The notes under the pieces are model-generated. The model saw only the letters and a program-made list of their open reading frames with translations. It had not been told where the DNA came from and did no database searches. A stretch of 64,000 nucleotides of DNA. It comes from Minutocellus sp. GHC0000111 (taxonomy: Eukaryota). Position numbers and translations under genes: made by a program. Location: contig OZ361257.1 in assembly GCA_977018835.1 (NCBI GenBank), positions 2,356,001 to 2,420,000 on the forward strand. Reading direction: 5' to 3'. Of this stretch, positions 46,884 through 58,139 are shown piece after piece. Position 1 is the stretch's first letter. Each line of letters opens with the position of its first letter.

Positions 46884-47396
46884 CGGATCGGGTGGGCACG
46901 GAGGCGTGGCCCACCCTCGGAGGATGCTGGAGAAACATCTCGGCCAGCCGGCCGAGCTCGTCCCTCCAAGCGCCGTCGAGTGCAGCCAGACACGTCGGCG
47001 TCGATCCGCCCCGGTGGCTCCAGCCGCCCAAGGTTGTCCGGCACCCCAAAATCCGGCGTGTGCGGTCGCAACGACATCAGCAACCAATCCAGGCTCTCCG
47101 GTGCCCCTAACACCGGAGCAGAAGGCCGAGGCGTTAGCAGTGACCTTCGGTCGGGTCCTGGTCCCCCTAACACCAGCGGTGATGCCTGCGCCGACAACAG
47201 CATCTCAGGCTCTGGCTCCAGCACCACTGACGCTGGCGGTGCGGAAGCCACCGACAACCTCTTCGACCGGCTAGGCCAGCGAGAGAAGGATCTCCTAGGC
47301 AAGCAGCCCCAACCCGAAGCACAGTCTCCCCCTGGTTCCCCTACGCACAGCAAGGAAGCAGAACCGACACGCCAAAATGGTGAGTGAGACCAACAG

Positions 47397-49697
47397 GTGA
47401 AGAAACACCTACAACAAACGGGGCAGCCCAGCGCCCACAGTGGGCCCACCACGGTCGGACAGACCCGCATGCTCGTGAACGTGCAGCATGCACATGTCTC
47501 ACCTTTTTCTCGCCTCATGCATTTCCACGTGGGAACTAGAGCCCATCTTCGATGTTTCCACCTTGGTGCTGCTCGTCGGGCCCCGTCGGCCACACCGAAG
47601 CCCACGGAGTTCAGATTTGAGCTCTTGACGGAGGCCGCCGCTCACAATTGGTCGGTCCTCAAGAAATGCGATCGTTCTCTGAGCAGGGCACTCGAGGCGC
47701 AGGGCGGGTCGCCACTCCAACCGGGATCGGAGTTCAGAGACCTGAGTCTTCTGGAGCCGATTCTTGGCCGGCACCCGCTGTGGCCCCGCTTCCGCTCCAT
47801 TCTCGACAGTGGATCCGACTGGGCCCTCGATCCGGTGAGCGACGAAAGCAGACTGGACAGCGTGACAAAGAACATCGGCCGAGGCAACCACAAATCGGCC
47901 AGGGATAGGCCGGAGGTGCTCAAGGACCAAGTTCTCGACGACGTGACCCGCGGTTTCGCCCTCCCTCTGCCAGCAAAGGTCGCGCCCCTCACTCCTGGAG
48001 CGGAGGTGGCTCCGATGGGTTTGGCAGCACAGAACACGATCAGCGAGGCTGGCGAGATCATGCCCAAGGACCGCCTGACTCACGACCAATCCTTCGAGAT
48101 CGGTGCCGCACGGTCCGTCAACAACAGAGTGCGCATGGAGGACCACCAGCCAGTGGTGTTCGGCCATGCCCTCCGGCGAGTGATCCACTGCATCGCAGAC
48201 GCCCGTCACAAGCATCCCCGTGCTCCCATCCTCCTGCAGAAGGTCGATTTCAAGGCTGCGTGTCGCCGGGCCCACTTGGCTCCCAGCACGGCCGTCAAAA
48301 CGATCACCACCCTGGATGGCATTGCCCTCATGTCCCTCCGGCTGACTTTCGGCGGCCGCCCTTGCCCGAGCGAATGGTGCAACATGTCCGAATCGGCGGC
48401 CGACCTGGCCAGGGCCCTCCTGCAGTGCTCGGACTGGGACCCGTCAGAGCTCCACAGCCCCCAGCAGAAGCACTTGGGTCGCCCCAAGGTGGAGGGCGAC
48501 GATGTGCCGTTCGCGCCGGCCCTGGACATGATCATCGTAACCCTTCCCGACAACAAGGATGGCATCGTCGAGCCGCACATCGATGACCTCATCGCCGCAG
48601 CCCCTGATCTGGGCGACAACAAGGATCGGACATCCGCTGCCACCCTCCTCGCCATCCACGCGCTTGGCCGACCGGCATCCGACAGCGAGCCACTGCCCAG
48701 AGATGACCTTGCCTCCATCAAGAAGCTGCTCGCCGAGGGGACGCCTTCCGAAGCACTGTGTCTCTTGGGGTGGGATGCTGACACCCGGCGGCTCCTGCTG
48801 AGGCTCCCTTGGAGCAAGCACCTGGCCTGGCGCGATGACATGCTTCGGCTCCTCAGAGCCCGCGGCGCCACCAGATCAGAGCTGGACACCTTGGTCGGAA
48901 GGCTAAACCACGTCGGATGCATCATTCCAGCCGCACGACACTTCCTCAGCCGCCTTCGGGATCGGCTCTGGAAGGCCCGCCGCCACGGCCGCCAACGGTT
49001 CGACTCTGAGGATGCAGAAGACCTCAACCTGTGGCTCCGCTTCCTCCGAAGGGCCGCCGATGGCATGAGCATGAACCTCCTCACGCACCGTTGCCCCACC
49101 CACGAGCACATGAGTGACGCCTGCGAGCACGGCATCGGCGGATGGTCCTCATCCGGCAGAGCGTGGAGATTTGCCCTCCCCGAGGAGCCATGGGGCCGGT
49201 TCACCCTCAATTACCTGGAACTCCTCGCCGCCGTCATCGGCCCATGGATCGACCACATCGAGGGCAACCTGCCAACCCTCTCCTGCGTGCTGTCGGGGAC
49301 CGACAGCACCACGGCCGAGGGATGGCTCAGGAAGTCGAACTTCGTGTCTCACGGCGAGAAGGATGCCGACGTAGCGGTCAAGCTGGCCACGGCGCGGCGG
49401 AAACTAGCCGACATGCTCATCGAGAGACCAACACCATGCTGTGCTCACAGTGGTTCCAGGGGAAGCGCAATCCGGAGGCCGATTCTCTTTCTTGTGATGC
49501 CGATCTCTCTGATGCTGACCTCACGAAATTGCTTCTGTCATCTCCCGAATGTCAGCTTCCCTCAAATTTCAGGATTGCACCACTGCCCAACGAGATCACT
49601 TCCTGGATTGTCTCGCAGGCGCGGACGCTGCCCGTCAGGAAGCAGTTACAACGGCCACTGCCGAGAAGCACGCTCTCGCGTGGAGCCGCTGGACTGA
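47397..49697 (+). pseudogene. Reverse transcriptase / RNase H of the YR element (YIDD mutated to HIDD)
   Basis: KDRLTHDQS, KVDFKAACRR, RLTFGGRPCP, PHIDD, LGW, SDACEHGIGG, NYLELLA, TDSTTA. Confidence 0.88.
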
Positions 49698-50778
49698 GTT
49701 CCTGCAGCTCATCGGGACCGGGGACGACGTCTTCCTCGACAAGGTGTCACCCCGAGACCGAACAGTCATTCTCGGCGCCTTTGCCCACCACGCCGTCCGA
49801 CAGGCCAGCTTTTCGGGGCCAAAGTTTTCGCGACTGGCTGCGTCGACAGTCCGAGATGCCGTCTCACATGCATGCTCGTCCTTCCGGCACAACCAGCGCA
49901 GGGACCCAGGGAAAGACGACATCGGCCAGCCTTCATTCCTTCTACAGCGGCAGTTCCGAGGACACAGCCAGTCCGACCCGGCCGAGCGGCCGGAGAGAAG
50001 GCGATCACCTGCCGGCTCCTCAGAGAGATCGCCTCCGTCAGGGAAACGGAAGAGGACAGTGCAGTCGGGCAACTAGGCAGGACCAAGCTGCTCCGCCTCC
50101 GCAACATCCAGTTCTACCGCGGCCGACGGCGCATGTGTCACAACGACCGGTCCCTCCTCTCAGCAGACTCTGTCTCCGTCACCTTCGAGTTCCAGAAGAA
50201 CGACGAGCGTGACGTCACGATTACGCAACACTGCACCCACGACGCCACCCTCTGCCCAGTTCGAGCTTGGGCTGCCCTGGTGAAACGAGTCCTAGGGCAC
50301 CCTAGTGCCAACAGCGACACGCCGGTAAATGCCTTCGTGGTCAACGGCGTATTAAAATACATTCCTGCCACCCGAATGGTTGACAAGATCCGAGCGTCGG
50401 CCACAGTGATGATTGGAGAGAGGACGTCCTGGGCTGCCGCCATGTCCCTCTGAATTCGGATCACACTCCATTCGCAGCGGAGCAGCAATGGCAATGTATC
50501 TAAATGATGTTCCCACGTACACAATCATGCTGGTAGGGCAGTGGTCCAGTGACGCCTTCCTCAAGCACATCCGTCGCCAGGTCCAAGAATTTACATCCGG
50601 AGTCTCCACACGCATGATCCAACGAGGTTCCTTCTTCAACGTGCCCCACGCACACTCGACGAGCCATCGCGAAGACCCAAGGACCCCAAATTGCCGCCAA
50701 TCCTTCGCCGGCATCAACAGCATTGGCCGAAATGCCGGCTTCGGGACTCCAATGCCCCCCTTCGCCCTGTTCACCTAA
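49549..50778 (+). pseudogene. Tyrosine recombinase of the YR element (frameshifted; catalytic Tyr mutated to His)
   Basis: FEFQKND, LCPVRAWA, GSHSIRSGAAMAM, IMLVGQWSSDAFLKHIRRQV. Confidence 0.88.
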
Positions 50779-50837
50779 GCACGACACACATTATTGGCCG
50801 ATCTGTGCTGCTACGGAAAGGAGGAGGGGGAGAGGGA

Positions 50838-51393
50838 CCTCACCCTCTAAGAAGTTTCATTTACCGCCAATGCCAGCTCCAGTTCACGTAGTTAAACTGC
50901 ATTTCATGTTCTACTAAGTTGCATAGAGTTGGGAGAATCAGCGGAGGGAGGTGCTGTGTTCGATGTATCATCGTTGTGGGCACCGCACGGTGGGGGGATG
51001 AGCTGGCGACGGTGGTTAGCAGCAGGCACTAAAACACTGCATTCCTGTAGTGCCCAGTTTTTCTGCTGACCACCACCTTCGCCTCCTCTCGTCTCAACTG
51101 ACCAAGCCACAACCATCTGCGATTGCTGCCGTTGCAATTGCTAAGTCAGCTTACAGTACCGGCTCCCAGAGCCTGTCTCTCTCTCTCCCTCAGTAGCAGT
51201 TAGTTAGTTTATTTTAAATTCCCTCAAACCCGTCTAAGAAGTTTCATTTACCGCCTCCTCACCCTCTAAGAAGTTTCATTTACCGCCAATGCCAGCTCCA
51301 GTTCACGTAGTTAAACTGCATTTCATGTTCTACTAAGTTGCATAGAGTTGGGAGAATCAGCGGAGGGAGGTGCTGTGTTCGATGTGTCATCGT
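50838..51393 (+). repeat. 3' terminal B1-A2-B2 repeat block of the YR element
   Basis: B1 50838..50974 matches B2 51257..51393; A2 matches A1; extra 23-bp partial B at 51233..51255. Confidence 0.9.
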
Positions 51394-51641
51394 GGTTGCA
51401 TACGTGTCATGATGTCAACATCTCTACAAATAAGTAGTAGCTACGTACGTAGAGAAATGAAATTCCCCTTGAAATTTGACCAAATATTCCGGGAAGCACC
51501 CCCGTGATTTATCTTCCCTAACAAAAAGGTCCTTTTCCCGTCTCGCTGTCTAAGTCGAATAAAGGGAGATCCCCGGAAAGAATTCCTTTTTCATTCATTT
51601 ATTTGCTTCATTTCATCACCGGCCTGCGACGAAGGCAAAGC

Positions 51642-52625
51642 ATGCTGCAATCGTTGGGAATACTAGTGCTGGCGGCTGTGGCACAATCCTTCCCCTTGGA
51701 GCCATCATGTGCGCGGAAGAGCCTTCGCTCTGCTGCTGCCAAAGTCCATGATGCTGAGGCATACGCATGTGTCGACGATGATGGGCGGCGAGACTTGATC
51801 CGCTCCTCGGCCTCAGCGGCTCTGACAGCAGGGCTTGCCTCACTCATGCCAATATCCGCACTTGCTGCATCGAGTGATCTCCGTCTCATCGCCGATCCCA
51901 ACACGTATTCGGCTCTGGCTTACTCTCCGCCGATCCCAGCTGCCGCTGACACTCAGCAGCAGAAGAAGCCACCTCCTCTCCTCCTTGTTCTGCCAGGCGC
52001 GGCCCAGAACAAGGGGACGGCATGGGATTTAGCTGACGTAAATGGAGAGCACCGTGGCTTACCTTCTTCCCTGCTGGCGGCTGACCTAGCTCCTGACAGC
52101 TTGGCGCAAAACTTTGCAGTAGTGACACCATATCCAGGCCGTAATGTGCTTTCATTTTATGACGAACCAAGGCGAAAGATGCTGGAGTTCGTCCAATGGC
52201 TGTGCGAAAAAAGAGGTGAGAATGGCGTGCCCAAATTTGATCCGGATCGCATATTTTTGTTGGGATTCAGTGATGGGGCCACCCTTTCCATCGAGCTGTT
52301 GACCACGGGAAGATTTCGTGGGGGAATTGTAGCTGCTTATGGATTCACTGGTACGTTGCCACAGCTGGCGTTGGATCGATTAAAGGGCAGGCCGATATGG
52401 GTCTTTCATTCGGCAGATGATGTGATTTTTCCTGTTGCCTGCAGTGACCGTTTGGTGGAGTCATTGAGGAAGGTCAACGATGAAACTGAAGGCAGCAATT
52501 TGATTAGATATTCAAGATTTGGCTCAGATCAGGAGGGATTCACTGGTCGAGTGAGAGGTCATAGTACTGGCATTACGGCGTCGAAACAACCTGAAATTTA
52601 TGACTGGATCATGTCCTATGTGTGA
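51642..52625 (+). CDS. Alpha/beta hydrolase (phospholipase/carboxylesterase-like), probably plastid/thylakoid-lumen targeted
   Basis: DRIFLLGFSDGA nucleophile elbow, PIWVFHSADDV, GH; presequence AQS-F, twin-Arg RRDLI, hydrophobic stretch, ALA. Confidence 0.8.
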   Translation: MLQSLGILVLAAVAQSFPLEPSCARKSLRSAAAKVHDAEAYACVDDDGRRDLIRSSASAALTAGLASLMPISALAASSDLRLIADPNTYSALAYSPPIPAAADTQQQKKPPPLLLVLPGAAQNKGTAWDLADVNGEHRGLPSSLLAADLAPDSLAQNFAVVTPYPGRNVLSFYDEPRRKMLEFVQWLCEKRGENGVPKFDPDRIFLLGFSDGATLSIELLTTGRFRGGIVAAYGFTGTLPQLALDRLKGRPIWVFHSADDVIFPVACSDRLVESLRKVNDETEGSNLIRYSRFGSDQEGFTGRVRGHSTGITASKQPEIYDWIMSYV

Positions 52626-53605
52626 GTGAAGGAAATGAAATGATTGGCGCCGACGCGATGGCTGCTTCATCGCGTCGGCATCATGTGCAGATAGCACCCT
52701 TGCAGATAGAGCAAGAGGATATCATGGCTACTTATTACTATATCTGAAAGAAAAGCACCCGAGCGATGAAATCGTGGAAAGTATTATTTATGCTTCTCCC
52801 TTGCTTCGATGAATTCACATAGCGGAAAAGAACAAATAAATAGCATAGGGATCCAGATTTATTGGTCAAATGGCGATGGACAGCAACAGCAGCCTACACC
52901 CGAAGTATGAAGTATCAGTATCTTTGTCGACAGCAGTTTCGATAGGGATCTTCTTGGCGAGATCTTTCACGCTGGTACAAGCGTGGGTGTGGCGGTGAAT
53001 CACCGAAACGTACAAAACTGCCCAGGAGGACATAGTTGAAAGAAAGAGGGATGCAGAATAGAGTTTCAATTGAATTAGCAGTAAAGTTGGCTTTTGTATG
53101 AACTATCAACGAGAATATAGATCTCAATATGCGATCATACTCGTCGGCTGAATCCGTTCAAACGAGAAGGGATTACTGTTCCTCTGGTATATAAACCCAA
53201 CCGAAATTGGGCTCCAACCCTTTAGGGCTCTCGACTTACAAGACAGCATCCAGCACCGCTTCAGACTTTCGGAAGACAGTATCAAGATCTTTAATCCAAG
53301 TAGGAGTCATGCAAAATACTGTAGAACAAAACAACTCACCCACATGTCAACTGAATTGATCGTGCCAGCTCAGTTCCAGGAAAATGAAGCAGAGTTTGGT
53401 TGGTTGGCGGTCAGAGACCTGCTGTGGCTTGATGCCCATTGTGTGAAGTCTTCCACGATAAGATCTGTTCGTCGACCAGAAATGAATTCCACGTTCGACT
53501 GAATTCGATTCGTTCGATTCGATTCATTCCATCTTTCATGCCGCACACATATTTATATATGTGACTAAGGAATTGAATTGTTATATACATTCTATTAGGC
53601 GGAGA

Positions 53606-54922
53606 TTACTGAACTTTTTGCTTGTTTTCGTCCCCTTTACTGTTATCTTCGCTGTTGTGGGCCTCCATTTCTGCGTGTGCCTTCTTCCATCGTTCCAGGG
53701 CATCATTTCTGAGGGACCTTGGAAATATTACTTCAAGAAAGTTCTCTCTAATGCCCCGATCGTAGATGTTGGTTGGAAAGGGCCCAGGATTGGTCACAGC
53801 ATCATCACAATCAACACCATTGTTAGTATCTTTCTTGCTCGTATCATCTTCCTTGTCTTTGCTCTGTCCAACAGTATCGCTGTCTCCCGTCGGTCCTGTG
53901 CAGCCAACGTCTCCGTCGGTACCATCGACAACTTGTATCTTGGTCTCGGCCGTCTCGACAGCCCTCCCCTCCTTCACGGCAGCGTCATACTCCTTCTTTG
54001 CGTGACAGTGCCATCTTTTCACCTGGCGCCATTTGTACCATTCATTGGTGGTCATCCCCTTCGCAGTAATGTACAAATGAAACGAAAGGAATGCCGCAAG
54101 GACCAACCCCATGACACTCATCAAAAGCAATGCCCCCGCCAATCCAAAGTGCCGCACCATTAGGAACTGGAAAACCACAATCTTGCTCGCTTTGACCTCC
54201 TCGCCCGTTCCAGCTAAATAAAATGTCGCATTGAGCAAGTCTGATTCGACAATTTCGTCATAGAAGCATCGTAATACAATGATTGTGCCGTAGGTACACA
54301 TTCCGACGTGAACTGCAAGGAACAGAAGGAAGTATCGATAATTCTCCTCCCCAACGGTATTGCCGATCCATCCACAATAATGATCGAACCTTGGAACATG
54401 CCGCCCACTCGCTCTATCAAACTTGCTCCGAGCAAGCTTTCGAATGCCGACCGTCCGACACACCTTGTTCTCCGCAAAAAGTATGTTGTCGTATGGAAAA
54501 TGATCGTACTTGGCAATCGTCCGTGCCGTAATCCAACCCGGCCGAGTCGACATGGCCTTTCTCCAACTCATCATGCACGCCACAAAGACGACATACCCGA
54601 CGTACTTGTGATAGCTGGGCACGGAATGAGACGTGTCGATGAGTTCATATCCATGCGTCAGGACGATGCTCCAGCAGCCCAAGACAACAATGAGGTAAAT
54701 GACGACGAGGGCATAATCACCAACGGTGTGCAATGCCGACATGACCCTGGGGCCAAGGGCGTTGGTCAACTTGGTACTGGCATAGTCGGGTAGCTGCTGC
54801 GTAAAAAACCGTGCGCTGCTGGACGTATCGGGATCTGCCAGGATGCAGCTGTAGGCAAAGAATGCGAAGCCGAGCAGATACAGCGTCATCCCAATGATGA
54901 AGCCATAATCAGTGGTGGCCAT
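53606..54922 (-). CDS. DHHC-family palmitoyltransferase (DHYC variant)
   Basis: RFDHYCGWIGNTVGEENYRYF, GMTTNE, NIYDRG..ENF; multiple TM helices. Confidence 0.9.
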   Translation of the reverse strand: MATTDYGFIIGMTLYLLGFAFFAYSCILADPDTSSSARFFTQQLPDYASTKLTNALGPRVMSALHTVGDYALVVIYLIVVLGCWSIVLTHGYELIDTSHSVPSYHKYVGYVVFVACMMSWRKAMSTRPGWITARTIAKYDHFPYDNILFAENKVCRTVGIRKLARSKFDRASGRHVPRFDHYCGWIGNTVGEENYRYFLLFLAVHVGMCTYGTIIVLRCFYDEIVESDLLNATFYLAGTGEEVKASKIVVFQFLMVRHFGLAGALLLMSVMGLVLAAFLSFHLYITAKGMTTNEWYKWRQVKRWHCHAKKEYDAAVKEGRAVETAETKIQVVDGTDGDVGCTGPTGDSDTVGQSKDKEDDTSKKDTNNGVDCDDAVTNPGPFPTNIYDRGIRENFLEVIFPRSLRNDALERWKKAHAEMEAHNSEDNSKGDENKQKVQ

Positions 54923-55322
54923 GATGCTGAACGGATGAGATCAACAGCGAGTGCAGATGCCGGCGAAACTGGGGCCGTGGCTTTGGTCGAATGACTGAAT
55001 GGTCGCGGACACAACCGGTACTTAGCACACGTGCTTGCTGGCGCAATCCAAAGCAAGTCAGGCTCAGTGAGCAAGCTCTACTGCCTGCTGCCCTCTCGGC
55101 TCGGTGCGGTCGCCAGTCGCCAGGTGGCCAATGCAGGTGGCCATTGTTGCTACTGACAATTTGAAAAAGAAAAGGAAAAGAGGAAAGGAGTGCACTTGCA
55201 CCATCGTGCACCGACCGATGGAAGTCGCCTCTCCGGTCTAGTAGATCTACAGAGACATGCAGCTAGACCTAATATATTCTACCGATAGTTCATAGCGTAT
55301 CTAGAAGGTGTTCACTGGTGCA

Positions 55323-58139
55323 CTACATTGCCCTCCACCCGATCAAATTGTTTCTCTTGGTGGTGGAAGCTGCAGATGATGATGAGCCCACAACAAACTG
55401 CGGAGATGCATTCTCTGCGCCGTTCGTCTTACTTGGGGCGACACTTGTACGGATGCGCAAATGCCGTGAGTTTGCCTTCGCTTCAACGAGCATATCCAAA
55501 TCCACCCAATGTTCCAGCTTTGTCTCCACTGCCTGACGAATCTTTGCTACATCGAGATCATGCTCAAGAGCCAACGGATCGCCAGACGAAACATGAGCAA
55601 GGAGAGCCCTTCCAAGCGCAGTAACATACATAACCTCAACCCGCTTTTCAATCACTTCGACCTCGGCAGACTTTTTACTTCGACGTTTCTTCCGTTTGTT
55701 CCTTCTTCCTTTCTTCTTCCTGCCATCCGCCTTGGGCCTCGTGCACGTTATCGTGTGCAAATCTCGTCCAAGCCATCCCTCTCTTGCGAGAAGCCGGCAC
55801 AAACCTCTGATCCATTTCCAGCTGGTTGAGATTTCACCTTCTTCGGCCGCTTTCACGAAAAATGGTTTGACTGCGTGTACCCCAACTGACCGGTCCGTGG
55901 CACCCATGCGGACAAACATTCTCAATACAGCGAGAGAAGCTTCCAGCAACGGCTCGGGCCTTGTCGGAAGATGAGAGACGCTGAATCTATCGTGACGATA
56001 GTCTAAGCGAGGTTGATGGCGCACATTACCTAGCGACTGCTGTATCATCTTTAGATCACACAAATCACAACATCGTCCCCTGTCGCTTGCATTCTCGCAG
56101 TATTCCTCGCCGAAATAATTCAAAACATGGCGTCGACGGCATCCAATGCTTGTCGAAACGCCATACTCATTCATCTTCCACAGCATCTTCTTCAATATAT
56201 CGGACATTTGCCTCGATCGGCCAGGAGAGGGAAGCAACATAGGCACCGTGGTTGTAGGCACCAGTAGAACACTCCTCGACGGACTTCCATCCCTTCCTGC
56301 TCTTCCCGATTCTTGTTGAAATGCCTCCAACGATTGAGGCCATCCCACATGGACAACAAGACGCACCGAGGCTCGATCGACTCCCATGCCAAATGCGACG
56401 GTAGCACAAACAAGGATAGTATCCCCGCACGTCCATCTCCTTTGAACATCATTTCGACGTTCCGCCGGAAGACCAGCATGATATGGTTCCGCCATTCGAA
56501 TTTTCGGCCGCCATCCGTTGTTTCGTGCCGACTGAAGCAGTGAAGCATTCAGTCGCTTGGCCATGTCCTCGCAGTCATTTCTCGTCGGACAATAAACGAT
56601 TGCGCTGGGCCCTTCGTTGCCAATAGAGAATCGCCGATCATCTAAAATCGGACACATTAGCTTTGCGACCTCAACAGTGGCGTCTTCGTTGTTTTCGCAA
56701 TGAGCCGCGCTGTAGTGGATGCTGGGTCGATTGAAGCTTTCCATCGCAACATGTGCCGACGGACCGAGAGCAAGAGATTGTATCATGTCGTCTCGTACGC
56801 GTGGAGTTGCGGTAGCGGTCAGGGCTATGCAAGGACAACGCGACAGGAATCGGAGTCGAAATGGTCCGATTGCTCGGTAATCCGGCCGGAAGTCATTTCC
56901 CCAGCTGCTCACGCAATGGGCCTCGTCTATTGCGAGAATCATGGGAGGCGTATTCCCTGCTCCTCGGTGCTGAAAAAACAACCGATCATGGAGCCTACAC
57001 AGTGCCCTTCCCACCCTCTGCAAACTTTCGGGACAAACAAACACAATTGACACCTCCCCACTCAACGCGCGCCGCTCTGCCGTGGCATCTTCTTGGCCCG
57101 ACCCAACAAACTCGGCGCGTATCCCCTTGCGCCGAAGTGACTGTACCTGATCGCGCATGAGCGAGATGAGGGGACTGATGACAATGGCAACTGCATCGCG
57201 CGATAGGAGCGGCGGGAGCTGGTAGCACACGCTTTTGCCGGAACCAGTGCCGCTGATGATGAGGGCATCGCGATTGTCGCACAGGGCTTGGATGGCATTG
57301 AGCTGGAACGGTCGGAGCTGATAATTTTGTCCCCAGTATCGTTTGAGAGTGGCATTGGCGTGAGATTCCAGACTGTTGTTGCTGTTCGGTGCTGATAGTG
57401 CTGAAGGTGCTGCTGCTGCCGCTGCCGCTGATGATAATGATTTGGCGTATGGGTTCCGAATCATGCTGATGCTGGAGGAGGATGAGGAAGAAGTATGAAG
57501 GCCAGAAGGCGGAGGTAGCGCATCATCGTCGTCGTCACCAACACCATAATCAACATCACCTTGACAAGGCGACTCGACTGATTGTTCCGATACCAGCTGG
57601 ACGCTCTCATCGTCGTCGTCCAGAATCTCAATCTCTTCTCCTGATGCACATGAATCACTTTCCCCCTCGTCATCACTATCGCTGTCGCTACCGCTACTAT
57701 CGTCGAGACAAATAACGGCGGATCGCTTCCCACCGTTGAGCCTGGGGGCAGGTCCCGAAACCGACTTTGCATGAAAATCCTCGTCATCATTGGTATCGTT
57801 GACAATGCTGGCACAAGATGTGCCGATTTTGTCCATGTGAGAAGATACGGCAAGAGAAGCCGACGGTTTGCGTGCATCCAAATCATCGGACGTGACACCA
57901 CCACCCGCGTATCCTTCGCAGGTGTCGCCATAAGTAGCATCATCGCAAACGGAACTATCGTCATCCACCAAGTCTTGCTGATCTGGCACAGCGGTATCGG
58001 TGCCGGCCCTCGCACAAGCGGCGGCGGCTGCCGGAGACGGAGACGAAGAAAATACCCGCTCCGTCTGGCACAGCTCACAGGCCAAACCCGACGGGTTGGT
58101 GTTTACCAGGGTGCAGGCGGTGCAGATCCATACCGCCAT
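55323..58139 (-). CDS. RecQ-family DNA helicase with N-terminal RanBP2-type zinc finger
   Basis: GTGSGKSVCYQLP, IDEAHCVSSWGNDFRP, ALTATAT, ATVAFGMGVD, QESGRAGRDG, CRR..CCDLC; WICTACTLVN...CELC; start 58139 or 58235. Confidence 0.93.
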   Translation of the reverse strand: MAVWICTACTLVNTNPSGLACELCQTERVFSSSPSPAAAAACARAGTDTAVPDQQDLVDDDSSVCDDATYGDTCEGYAGGGVTSDDLDARKPSASLAVSSHMDKIGTSCASIVNDTNDDEDFHAKSVSGPAPRLNGGKRSAVICLDDSSGSDSDSDDEGESDSCASGEEIEILDDDDESVQLVSEQSVESPCQGDVDYGVGDDDDDALPPPSGLHTSSSSSSSISMIRNPYAKSLSSAAAAAAAPSALSAPNSNNSLESHANATLKRYWGQNYQLRPFQLNAIQALCDNRDALIISGTGSGKSVCYQLPPLLSRDAVAIVISPLISLMRDQVQSLRRKGIRAEFVGSGQEDATAERRALSGEVSIVFVCPESLQRVGRALCRLHDRLFFQHRGAGNTPPMILAIDEAHCVSSWGNDFRPDYRAIGPFRLRFLSRCPCIALTATATPRVRDDMIQSLALGPSAHVAMESFNRPSIHYSAAHCENNEDATVEVAKLMCPILDDRRFSIGNEGPSAIVYCPTRNDCEDMAKRLNASLLQSARNNGWRPKIRMAEPYHAGLPAERRNDVQRRWTCGDTILVCATVAFGMGVDRASVRLVVHVGWPQSLEAFQQESGRAGRDGSPSRSVLLVPTTTVPMLLPSPGRSRQMSDILKKMLWKMNEYGVSTSIGCRRRHVLNYFGEEYCENASDRGRCCDLCDLKMIQQSLGNVRHQPRLDYRHDRFSVSHLPTRPEPLLEASLAVLRMFVRMGATDRSVGVHAVKPFFVKAAEEGEISTSWKWIRGLCRLLAREGWLGRDLHTITCTRPKADGRKKKGRRNKRKKRRSKKSAEVEVIEKRVEVMYVTALGRALLAHVSSGDPLALEHDLDVAKIRQAVETKLEHWVDLDMLVEAKANSRHLRIRTSVAPSKTNGAENASPQFVVGSSSSAASTTKRNNLIGWRAM

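Larger units (their letters stand above)
42943..51393 (+). mobile_element. Ngaro-like tyrosine-recombinase (DIRS order) retrotransposon with split direct repeats A1-ORFs-B1-A2-B2; decayed
   Basis: A1 42943..43176, B1 50838..50974, A2 50975..51210, B2 51257..51393; RT/RNase H and YR ORFs; no TSD. Confidence 0.9.

Noticed and set aside
47397..49697. Alternative genetic code or natural HIDD reverse transcriptase
   Set aside because: Neighbouring host genes use Tyr normally, and Tyr changes to both His and Cys alongside frameshifts, which indicates mutation rather than recoding
42943..51393. LTR retrotransposon
   Set aside because: No integrase, no TG..CA termini, no TSD; has a tyrosine recombinase and split repeats
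52700..53600. Short ORFs and (TTCGA)n tract between the hydrolase and DHHC genes
   Set aside because: No recognisable motifs; cannot support a gene call
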